From assembly GCA_043228905.1 (NCBI GenBank), contig JBHGNT010000004.1, positions 3,906,001 through 3,970,000 of the forward strand: 64,000 nt of DNA. The letters run 5' to 3'. The notes under the pieces were generated by a model. The model did not search any database and was not told the origin of the DNA. It worked only from the letters and a program-made list of their open reading frames with translations. This stretch comes from Azolla caroliniana (lineage: Eukaryota; Plantae; Polypodiophyta). Within the stretch, counting starts at the first letter, position 1; every line of letters begins with the position of its first letter. The position numbers and the translations under genes are program-made. Positions 25,027-36,926 of the stretch are shown here, in pieces.

Positions 25027-25975
25027 TGTCGTGAAGATCCGTCACTACGCGCGGATCATGAGGCGGAACCGCCGGGGTTCTGGACCAGAAGGATTTAGAG
25101 TCGATACAAGCTTTGGCGAGAAAGTACTTAAGATAGATTGGGAAAGAGAGAAGTTGAGATTACACGATCAATTTGATAACAAATTTCTTCCTCTTAATTT
25201 TCATAAAAAAAAACCGTGTTTTTTCTCCTTCCCCTTCTCTCTTTTATAGATGCTCTCATGCATATGATGCATGTGAGGGTACAAGACATGCATAAATTGC
25301 ATGTTTGCCATTTGGCGCTTATGTATTACATGTGGTGCATGATAACCACGTCACTCATTTTAGTTCTCATGTATGAGAATTTACATGTAAAAGTACAATG
25401 ATAGAAATATAATTTTAATTAAATAACATGGCTTAATGGTAAGCCATTTGACTCTTAACTTGGAGGTGCAAGGTTTGAATCCTTACTTGCCCTCCTTGTA
25501 TATGTAAATATGTATATATATTTTTATATTTATTTATCTAGTCGCCGGACGCCGCCGTCGGATCACCGTCGGATCACCGTCGTCGGTCCGGTTTTGGTTG
25601 GCAAAAACCCTTTACGAGTAGCTAGCCCACGTCCACTCTTAGTTCAAGTTACCTTGAACTCTTTATGCTCCACACATAGACACAAAGATAATATCTTTTG
25701 CTCCACCTTATATATGATGAGAGTTGTATTTGTCGTGCCTATGTGGGATATCTCACAATTTTCTCCTTTCCTTTTACAAACTTTATACCCTCATATCTTG
25801 ACATTTAGTTGTTCGTTTCTCGTGTAATAAAGTGCATTCGAAACCTCCATCATTTTGTACTTAGATATTAAATCTATTAAAAAAATTATCTTCACAATTA
25901 TTGTACTACGTGATTCATACTCGATTTCGTACGTTTTATAGGATTTTCACACTATTGCCGAAAATATTCACGACA
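25027..25975 (-). mobile_element. TGTCGTGAA-family non-coding element, copy 1 (949 bp), inserted in the copia integrase
   Basis: Termini TGTCGTGAA/TTCACGACA and TSD GCGT/GCGC. Removing it restores ...[14 protein letters not shown]. It is homologous in reverse to 60953-62667. Confidence 0.9.
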
Positions 25976-28500
25976 GCGCGGGCCATGATGAACGAGAAGC
26001 ATATGCCCAAGTCATATTGGGCCGAAGCGGCAAATACGACCGTCTACCTAATGAACCGGTGCACAACATCCGGCGTGCACGAGGTCACTCCGCACGAAAG
26101 ATTCTTCGGAAAGAAGCCGAACCTATCACATGTTCGGATATTCAGCTCCATTACGTACGTGCACATCCCCGACGAGAAGCGTCAAAAGCTCGACCCGAAG
26201 TCGGAGAAATGTATCCTCGTAGGATACTCACTGGAGCAAAAGGGGTACAAGTGCTACAACCCCTCAACTCGAAAATCTCGGGTAAGTCGAGACGTCGTCT
26301 TTGACGAGTCTGCATCCTGGTACGCACCAGAGACAACTTCGACTCCGACCCTGCTCGACCCGGAATCCACCGAACAAGAGATAGAGGACGAAGATCACCT
26401 TACGTGCATGTTCGAAGAAAGTCCGATCACGACCCGATTGAGCGGACCACAAGAGCCTTTGAGCGATCAAAGCACATCACGGCCTAGCTCGAAGATGGAC
26501 AAAGGCAAGGCAAAAATGGTGAAATACGAAGACGATCGCTTCACCAACAATGAGTCAACTCACTCACTCGACAGTGAGTTCGGCGGTTTCGAGGTACCAA
26601 TTGGAGCAAAGAAAGCCCTCATCTCTGCAAATGAAAAGCTCCACCGATCCACTCGTAAAAAGAAGCCTGTAAGCCGATTCGGCTACAACGATTATATGGC
26701 GTACCATTACGCCTTTATGATGAAGGTAGCAACAATACGAGAGCCGGAAACCTTTTCGGAAGCCGCGAAGGACCCGCGATGGATCGCAACAATGAACAAG
26801 GAGATGCAGGCAGTACGGAAGAACGAGACGTGGGATCTTGTTCCCACCTCACCACACAAAAAGGCGATCGGATGCAGATGGATCTACAAAGTGAAGTACA
26901 ATGCGGACGGTTCCGTCAACCGCTACAAAGCTCGACTCGTAGCGAAAGGATACGCTCAGACACATGGTGTCGACTACGAAGAAACCTTTGCCCCGGTGGT
27001 AGAGATGACGACGGTGCAGATCGTAATTGCGATTGCCGTGGCGAAAGGGTGGCACCTCCACCAAATGGACGTCAAGAACGCCTTTCTACAAGGCGAATTA
27101 GAAGAGGAGGTCCACCCGGCTTCAACTCGAGCACCCATCCGAAAGTTGTATGCCGAATCAAGAAGCCACTCTACGGCCTCAAGCAAGCACCACGTGCTTG
27201 GCATTCGAAGATAACGCAATATCTTCATCAAATCGGCTTCCGTATGTCAAAATTAGACAACTCCCTCTACATACGTAGTGATTCTGCAAATCCGATCGTC
27301 ATCATTTTATATGTGGATGACCTAGTCATTGGAGGTGAGCATCTCATCGAAATCAATAAAGTCAAATCCCTCCTTTCCGACAAGTTCGAGATGATGGACA
27401 TGAAGGAGCTCCACTACTTCCTCAGCATCGAGGTAATTTGGACTCCGGTCGGATTCATGATCTCTCAATGGCACTACATCCTCAACTTGTTATACAAGTT
27501 CGGGATGGCTGAGTGCAAATCCGTGGCAACCCCGTTCGATCGTAATCTCAAACTAGATGCGAACTCCGGCACCAAAGCGTGTGAGCCGACTCAATATCAG
27601 CAACTCATCGGGAGTCTCATCTACCTCACGATCACACGACCCGATCTGAGTTATCCGGTCGGTCTCCTTAGCCAATTCATGCAAACACCGCGTGATACTC
27701 ACCTGGATTGCGCTAAGCGAGTTCTACGCTACGTGAGCGGCACAATGGATTGCGACATCCTCTACAAGACCGTGATGCCAATACAACTCAATGGGTACAC
27801 AGACGCCGATTGGGCCGACTACAAAGCTGATAGAAGATCAACCTCTGGATTTGTTTTCTCCCTCGGCAGCGGAGCAATATCCTGGAGTAGCAAGAAGCAG
27901 CCTACCGTTGCTCTTTCGAGTACGGAGGCGGAATACAGGGGTGTAGCCGTAACTGCGTGTGAAGCCGTATGGCTCAAGAGGATTTTGAAGGATCTAGGCG
28001 TACCCATCAAGGATCCGACTTCCCTTTACTGCGACAACATGAGCAATATCTATCTGGCTCGGAACCCGGTGTTCCACCTGCGGACAAAGCACATCGAAGT
28101 GCACTATCACTTCATCCGAGAGCATGTTCTGGCTAGCGATGTCAACCTACAACACATTAGCACCAATCTTCAAACAACCGACATCTTCACTAAAGCCTTA
28201 GGAGCCGACAAGCTATGGCAATTCATGACCGATCTCGGATTGACGATCCCTGACCTGCCAAGCTTGAGGGGGAGTACTAAAGACACTACGCAATAATGCA
28301 TGTATTCCACAACCACGCAATGAAGTAGCGAAGAGTCGATCTACCGCGCAAAGCCGCGAAGAAAGACGCAAGCCGAAGCACAGACTTCGCAACTATGCAC
28401 AACGCAAGCCGGAGCACGGATTCCGCAACTCCGCATAAAGCGAGTCGAAGCGGATTTTGGATACCGTATGAAACCGACCCAACTTGAGCTTGAGAGGTCA

Positions 28501-28798
28501 TGTTGAGAATCAAGCTCAACTTGGTCTAGTGTGTGAACTCACCTTGAGAGTGAAGAGACACTCAAACGGTCAAGAGTCACCATTATGTCACCACTTTGTA
28601 TTCTAGCATTTAGTATGAGTCATAGAATCATATTCTATGACACATAACTTATGAGCTTTCACATTCCCCATGCTCCATGAGGCTTGTAGTTAATGAAGAG
28701 AGAGGGTGACTACGTAAAGCACCCTCCTCCCACCTTGTACAATGTTGAGTCTTTCTCCTTTGCTAATATACTTTTAACCTTGCGTATACTCTCTCTCT

Positions 28799-28830
<32 letters not shown>

Positions 28831-28878
28831 ACTCACACCTCTTCCACTTCACAAGAATCCATCTCTTGATTCTTTACA
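28501..28878 (+). repeat. 3' LTR of the copia element
   Basis: Matches the 5' LTR apart from 3-4 substitutions and microsatellite length; followed by TSD gagtc. Confidence 0.95.
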
Positions 28879-30892
28879 GAGTCTATGGTACAAATGGAGT
28901 ACGAGAAATGGGTTCATAGTTGACGGTCACCATGGAGTAGCATAACATGTATTTAGGTTGAAAGAAAAATGAAATTGGCGGGTTCTACAAATGCATTTTT
29001 TTGGTACCCTTCCTTACAAAAGTTGCCTTTATATTAACTAGTTTTATAATTCATTCAAAGGTTCCCCTTGCCATAAGATCATCGTAGATATAGAAGGAAC
29101 CACAAGGGATGATCATGAATTAGTAAGTAATAATTATTTACGAGTTTGTATAGTTCCTTCCACATATGAAATCAAGCAATATTTATAAATTATCATGTAT
29201 GATGCAACATTTCAATATTTGCCAACGTAGAAACGAATTATTATTAAGTTACAAAATTTCCAAACGAAGTTATTGATCGTTGATTCTTCAAGCAAAGAAA
29301 CCAACAAAGGAAATTCACATGTCATGAATCTTACAACTATTTTAAATTCTTGTATATGGGAACATACATATGTACCCATCAAGGTTAACCAAAATCAAGA
29401 TAAATAGTGGAATTCCTCTAAGACTATTCTTAGTTGTATACATCACATAAACAACAAATATATTATCCCTATGATTTAATGAGTATTTATCTTTCAACTT
29501 TTCAAATCCTCTTTTAAAACACACTAAAGCCCAAAAAGTGTGACTTTTCAAAGGTAATAATTCAAAAAAGCTATTATGGTGCGCAATCGATATCCTACCT
29601 ACAAATATGATGAGTGAATGTATGGTCAGGTACCAAGAAAGAGATAGGTGCGCTTGAGCTCAATTGATTTATTATGTCACAAGTTATCTTAATAAAACAT
29701 TAGGTTGTCTCAAATTTTTTTGAAGTTTGAGACCCCTTTACTATATAATCCAAGTATTCACCTAGGGTTCAGATAATAATAAAAAATTATACATGCACGC
29801 ACACATATACTGGCGTTAAGCTAAAGCTTCCTTTCTCACCATAGATGATTGTAGTTTGCATTATTGTTTCATTTTAACAAACAAAAAGTAAAACTTGATT
29901 GAAATGTTGCTCGAAGCTGGCTATTTATTTTATGTAAAGGGAAGACTTTGCATTTATTTTGGAATCGCCAAACTTCCAATGAAATCCTACAAACAAAATG
30001 TACATACATGCAGGAGGGGGGAAGCGAGACAATGAAGATGAAATGACGATTATCATTTATATGATTCAATGAGAGATAAGAGCGAACCGTAGATGTTCAA
30101 CAAGTTCTCGGGGGGTGTATGAATGTGATCGTATGCAATGGTAGAATGGTTTCATCATCTTCGTATCCTTCTTTTGCTTCTTCTTCCGATAAGCACTAAT
30201 GTGAATCACGTGTGCGAATTGTGATCTAGGATGTTGTCTTCGACAATCGTGATATCACTGGAGAACCGAGGTTTCCGTCAGTCCCAACACAACATGAAGA
30301 ATTGTCCATGTTTCATCCATGGCTCCGAACTCTGAGTGTGTATGTACATATATGTGTTGTGACACGTGTGTATGTGTATGTGTGTGTGTTGTGTGTATGT
30401 ATGTGTATGGTCCATGTATGGTGTATGTGTATTGATGTGACATGCCCTGTGCCCAGCTCATAGTGAGGCTTCTATGTATGTGTCATCAGTTGACACAACC
30501 CCTTCACCCAATTGAAGGAGATGGGCAGGAGAAGATGGAAGATTGGCTATGCATGTTTTGCCTGCAGGGAGGAAGCAAAAAGGAAAGGCTGCTAAAAAGG
30601 TGTGCGTAAATTTTAAATAAACCTTGGGGACACAGTTGAAGAAGCACTGTTTAAAGGACCCAAATGTATGGGATGGTCATGTGTCATGAAGTTATGGCAT
30701 CTCTTTGTGAGGTTGCAGCAAAACAAGAAATGCCTTCTCTCTTTTTGTATATGTATGTGCGTATACATTTGTATATACATACATATACATGGCATCTCTT
30801 TATGAGGTTGCAACAAAACAAGAAATGTCTTCTCTCTTTGTGTATATGTATGTGTTTATACGTATACATATATGTATATCGTAAATACATAC

Positions 30893-30960
30893 AAGTATAA
30901 GTATAAGTATAAGTATAAGTATAAGTATAGGTATAGGTATAGGTATAGGTATAGGTATAG

Positions 30961-31044
<84 letters not shown>

Positions 31045-31200
31045 AAGTATAAGTATAAGTATAAGTATAAGTATAAGTATAAGTATAAGTATAAGTATAA
31101 GTATAAGTATAAGTATAGGTATAGGTATAGGTATAGGTATAGGTATAGGTATAGGTATATGTATAGGTATAGGTATATGTATATGTATATGTATATGTAT
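30893..31200. repeat. Compound hexanucleotide microsatellite (AAGTAT)n(AGGTAT)n(ATGTAT)n...
   Basis: Directly visible blocks of about 50 units. Confidence 0.97.
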
Positions 31201-31593
31201 ATACGTATATGAATTCGAGAAACTGAATGAATGATGCTAGTATTATAGGTATAGGTATAGGTATATATATATGTATGTATATACGTATATGAATTCGAGA
31301 ACCTGAATGAATGATGCTAGTATTATATGAAGTCAAGCTGCCACCCCTGAAGGAAAAGCTACGAAATAGACTTAATCTCACAATAGCTGGTGCCACAAAT
31401 ATGCCATTTTCTTTTTATTACTGAAACAATGAGGCATATTAAGAGGAGAACTGAAAAAGCTTATATGGAGAGGGACAAAGAGTGCATTCCTCTCGTTCAT
31501 GAGTGTAGTTTTGAGGTATGGAAGTACATAGTTTTACATTTATCGATTCATGGAGATCTTGATTAGTGTAGTTTCAAGAGTTTTGATAGAGGG

Positions 31594-31830
31594 CATCTAG
31601 TTAAAAAAATCTGAGACAACTTGATGTTTTTGTATGAATAGTTGAAATGATATTTATAGGAAATAATGTGTTAAATATGCAAAGGGTGTTATCCCCATGA
31701 AGCCATTCCTCCATCTAGTTAAAAAAATCTGAGCCAACTTGATGTTTTTGTATGAATAGCTGAAATGATATTTATAGGAAATAATGTGTTTAAATATGCA
31801 AAGGGTGTTATCCCCATGAAGCCATTCCTC
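31594..31830. repeat. Tandem duplication, about 118 bp x2, downstream of CRK
   Basis: catctagttaaaaaaatctgag.caacttgatg...ccccatgaagccattcctcca occurs twice. Confidence 0.9.
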
Positions 31831-32000
31831 CACAACAACTACTGCAGAGGGATGAGGTTTAGCTTTTATCAAGGCTAGCCTAAGTAAGCTTGTTAAGAAA
31901 GAATCCTTTCCAGAAAGCTCAATGCAATAAAATTACAACCATAATCAAAATCGAAGGTATTTATATATGTATACTTTTATCAGTTGGATCCATGAAATAA

Positions 32001-35000
32001 TTATTTAGGGGGCTGTTGATGTTTAGTTCGTGGTGGCATCCCGCGTACCAAGTTTGTGAACCCAAATAAGCTTAGTTTTCCATCATTATGTCTCACCCAA
32101 TCATGCAGAATAACATGAGCAGGAATTGACGACGGGATTCCAAGCTCCTGAACAGAATATAAGAAAATTAAAATGGAAATTGAATCACAATTCACCTCTT
32201 TGCTTCAACCAATAGAACGAGCTATGAAAGAGAGAATGGATAATAGAAAGAGAGATAGATATATTCATCTTCGCAGTAGAGAAAGTACTCACTCGAGCAA
32301 GATCTTCAATCAGCACAACTCGGTTTCCTTCTTTCTCAAAGATCTGGTAAGCTTTTTTCGCTTGCTCTTCCCATGTATCAAGACCTTCGAGTTGTGGAAC
32401 GCTTGTAGCTGCTGCACAAAACTCTTGAAAGTCCATCTTTTTCGATTGAGCTGCATCAATCTGGCCACAGAAACTCATGCCTTAGCTCTGTAATGGAGTT
32501 AGTAATGACAAGAACAACAAGGCTATATTCAACCTTATGAACTATCACATGAAGCACATCTTTCATTTTCTGGATTGATGTTATTGGTGATTGTTATATG
32601 CTGAGATTTCAGTTTAGTTGCAGTGGGATATTGTATGTTCTTTTATTGTATTATGCAATACCATTTATGAAGAGACAAGAGATTACATACAGGAGCAATC
32701 ATGTCAAATATCTTGGAGGCTTTCATTGTCTCGGTTGCATTTTTAGTTAGGACCTGTGAGGGAAGTATACCTTTCTATTAGATGTCAAAAGAAAGGAATG
32801 GAAAATAAACATTTGAAGCTAAATAAAATAAAGGGTTACTCACTGATCTGAAATTCTCCAAAGATATCTTGCCATTTTTTACTGGTCCCAACATTGTGAA
32901 TTGAGCTTGTAGGTAGAATAGCTGATCTTCTGATAATGTCTTTGCTAATGCCTGAAATTAAATTTCCAAAATGTTTTTCATGCAAGTCTTTCTTCGTGGG
33001 AATACTTTTTACTATTACCAGTTTATCATGTGGCCAATGAGGCAGAATTGTCCTAGAAATTATCTGGGAAGAAATCTCTCTTTTTTTATCCTTTTTCCAC
33101 TAATGTGAATGCATCTCACTCTGAAATGGCACAAGATAGAGTTTGATAATCTAGTTTGGAAATTAGGATATTCATCCAATATTCACACAATGATCAAAAC
33201 CTTGGAATTGCCAACCTAATAAATATTCTGTTTTTGCTATCAACCACATTATGGGCAATTGTCTCCCAAGACTATAAAAAACTAGCATAGAGTTCAGAAA
33301 GGAGATGTTAAGTTTGTGCTGCTTTATATGAGTAAAAGTGTATTTTGAGAGAACGCCGTCAGTTTAGATCACTGTCACACATTTGTTTGCATGCGGTTGT
33401 GGTTTGTAATTGGATGTTATTTCTAAGTTCTTACCAAATTTTGTGAAACATAACAATGGATTCTGCCTTCACCACATGAAAATTTTCGCATATGTAAGTT
33501 TTTTCCAATTATTTGAAGTGTAGTACTAATTCTTAATGACTTGTCTGAAATATAGCAGTGAAGTTCCTTTTTTCTTGATCGCATTACATATTGGTCTTGT
33601 TTAGGCTATATTAGAAATTTAAGTTCCAATTCTTGTTGAAATACAGCAAAAGATTTTTCTCTTTTTTTTTCTCCTAATCACATTAAACATTTTTTTGATC
33701 ATGTGTAAAACGTGCTTACCTTCAAAGCTGCACGCCGTATAATGGATGATCTGAGGTAGGACTTCATTAGCCTGAATACTAATATATCAAGAGGAACTTT
33801 GTGCAGTCCACGTAGCCAAGGATGAGCTGACACAATGGTGGAAACAACCTATCTTTACTCCTTGAAACATCAACAAAAACCCAAAATAATCTCTTCCCTT
33901 TTTAAACATGTTCCATCAAAGGAAATAGGAGCACTGTACATACTTAATGCTTGAGCAGCAGATATTCTTCTATGTCGATCCTTTGTTAGAAGCCTCTTAA
34001 CAAAGTCTTTTGCATCGTCAGATATTGATGGCCATGGTGCTACATCAAGAGGTGGATCCGACTTCAATACCGATCTGAATATTCCAGATTCTGTGCGTGC
34101 CCAAAATGGCCGACTTCCACTCAATAGAATGTAAGTTATAACTCCCACACTCCATATATCCGCTTCTAAACTGTATGATCTGTGAAGAACCTCTGGTGCC
34201 ACATAGTATGCACTTCCAACGATGTCGTTTAGTCTTTCATCTGTAATGAATCAAGAGTGTCATATATGATTTCAAGCATTTGCCATCATGATACACAAAC
34301 TTCCAACATTTTTCTTTGTTGATGTTTTCATGTACCTGGTCTGACAAAATCCGATAGTCCAAAATCAATGGCCTTAAGCAGGGCATTATCATCATTACTT
34401 GTGAAGAGAAAATTCTGATACAACACCATATTCATGCTGATTATGAAGTTTCTTTTGAAATTTTAAGGCACTAATGAACGACCCATGCACAAATAAGAAA
34501 TACCTCTGGTTTTAAGTCGCGATGCACGACTCCCTGAAAGTGGCAAAAGGATATCACACTCAGAATTTGCACTACAACAGCCTTTGCTTCCTCCTCTGAG
34601 TACTTTCCACCTCTACAATAATCCATGGCAATTTACATTTGAAAAAAACTAAATCTAGAGATAGTAAAGGAAACTAGTGATGGCAAAAACAGTAATATAT
34701 ACCTTGAAAGCAATCTGTCCAGCAACTCACCACCCTCACACAACCTGTGAAAACTTACAAATCAAATCCAAATCTAGCAACACATACCTCAGTTCCCCAC
34801 TCATCCTATAATTATTGGCTCTTTAGAACTTACATAATGATTATAATGTCAAGAAAATGAACTCACTCCATAACTATATACACATTCGTGGTGTCTTCAC
34901 ATGCATCATGGAACTTCACGAGATTCGGGTGCCCAGAAAGTGCCTTTAGTATTTTAACCTCTCTTTTTACATCTTCAATGGCAATGGCTGTTGTCATCTG

Positions 35001-35841
35001 AAAACAAAATGAGCAACATTGGATTTAGGAGCAGCTTTATACTCAACTTCATCAGAGTCACATAGGATTGTGCAAAGAGATTCAGAGACACTATTCGAGT
35101 TTTAAGCCATGAAAGAGAGATTTGAATGAAGCTCCGAAAACTTTAGGCTGCGTTACACTACGAAGAGAAATATGTCACCTTCTCTTTAGAGATGACCTTG
35201 ACAGCGACAGATTGTCCCTTCAGGTCCCCTTTCTTGACAATGGCTCGACAAGTATGACCGAAATGCCCACGTCCAACTTCTTCAGCAATTTCATATTTGA
35301 TGGTGAAGTTCTTCGCATATCCGAAATACTTCCGAAGGGGTTTCTGTAAAGCATGATCGGAAGAGTCTTGATCACATTGATTATTAATAGAAACAGCTTC
35401 TCCATTAATGGGTTGTTTTGTTGTTCCACGCCGCCGAAGAAGAGCTGATTGTATGTGTTTTGCAGGGGAGGGAGGAGGGAAGGGTCTCTTTTGGAGGCGT
35501 CGGGGTGTGCCATTAGCCGGTGAGCTTTCACTCTGAGGCCGGAAAGGCGATCTGAAAGGAGACCGGAATGGTGATGTCCATGTCCAATAGCCTGGAGATG
35601 CTCTATATTGAGAGTTTGGTTCTCTGTTTGTTATTCCTTCTCGTCTAATTGTAGAGGGCAATTTGGGTTCTCTATTTGTTGTACTTCCTTGTCTTTGTCT
35701 TGAAGCAGACAGATTAGATTCTCTGTTTGTGGCTACATTTGCAGCGTTTCCCGAATCTCCTATTTGTTCTACATAGAATCCAATACTGTTTCGTGTTGAA
35801 TCACCATCAAATTGAGCTCCTTTGCCATAGCATATTCCCAT
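32001..35841 (-). CDS. CRK: CDPK-related kinase (CRK), 11 exons
   Basis: N-terminal MGICYGK (myristoylation/palmitoylation), [32 protein letters not shown]|[61 protein letters not shown], degenerate EF hands, [16 protein letters not shown] introns; exon 1 is 35841-35179 and exon 2 is 34997-34867. Confidence 0.95.
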
Positions 35842-36774
35842 GGCATGCTAATTAATAATGCAAAGGATCCAAAAAAGCAGTGAAATGGCTATATGCTAAT
35901 TTAGATGGATGCAGCCCAATTATACCTCAATGGACAAAAGCATATTTTGGAGGAGAATTATCCTGATTACTAGAGCTCAGTGACAATCTTTCAATAATCA
36001 AAGCCCCTTCAATTTTGCAGAGAATTATGCTTGTTTCTATATGTTGATTTGGATATCTGCAGCCGTATGGTATCTTTGAATGTTAGGCAAAGCCCCATTT
36101 GGTTTGGAAGAGAAGTATGCTTGATTCCATGCTAATTTGGATAAGTGTTGCCCAGCAGTGATAAACTTTCGATAGGGAGAAACCAATAAATTTGGATTCT
36201 GTTAGACAATTATGCTTACTTGCATGCTAATTTCGATTAATACAGCTCAAGGATATCTTCCAATGTATTTAGCTTAATTCCATGCTAAATTTGATCAATT
36301 CAGCCTAATGATAAATTTTAATAAGCAGAAACACATTCAATTTGGAAGAGAATTGTGGATCAATGCAGCTGAATCAGTTTGCCAAAATACCCATTCAATT
36401 GGGATAAGAATTATGGTTTTGATTTTGGACCAATCCGGTTTGACACTGACATCTTCAACTAGAGCTGAAGCAAACCCATTCAATTTGGGAGAGAAATCAT
36501 GCTTAAAAAAACACAATTTCACAACCCCTAAATTGGTATATACAGATTACCCAAAACAGGGGGGGGGGGGGGGGGGGGGCTAAAGCTATGAATTGAGGAC
36601 AAATGTGCGGAACCCTAAAATCATAGCACAGATTTTGGATTGGGGGGGTGGGGGGTGAAGGATTAAAGAACGAGAAACAAAGAGGAAGAGGAAATGATTA
36701 ATGTGCAAAGGAAGGGGAAGCTACTCCTTCATTGTTTTTTTGATGGGGTATGGTGAGCTTTGAACGCATGCAAC

Positions 36775-36812
<38 letters not shown>

Positions 36813-36889
36813 TGTGTGTAGGTGTTTGACATAGATGTTTGGGAGAGAGAGAGAGAGAGAATGTGTGAGTAGGTGTTTGACATAGATGT

Positions 36890-36926
<37 letters not shown>

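Larger units (their letters stand above)
22450..28878 (+). mobile_element. Full-length Ty1/copia LTR retrotransposon, pseudogenised
   Basis: LTRs 22450-22841 and 28501-28878 (TG..CA, about 99% identical), TSD GAGTC, PBS TGGTATCAGAG (tRNAiMet). Domains: gag with CGYCGKLGHHEEEC, protease WFVDSGASNHM, integrase, RT ([13 protein letters not shown]), RNaseH (DADWA, RTKHIEVHYHF). Several stops, a frameshift near 27110 and a nested insertion. Confidence 0.97.

Noticed and set aside
25425-25492. Functional tRNA-Lys gene
   Set aside because: Acceptor and anticodon stems do not pair, and it lies inside a repeat element.
30800-31396. ORFs with YT/IH/YM dipeptide repeats (also 11159-11464)
   Set aside because: Translations of microsatellites.
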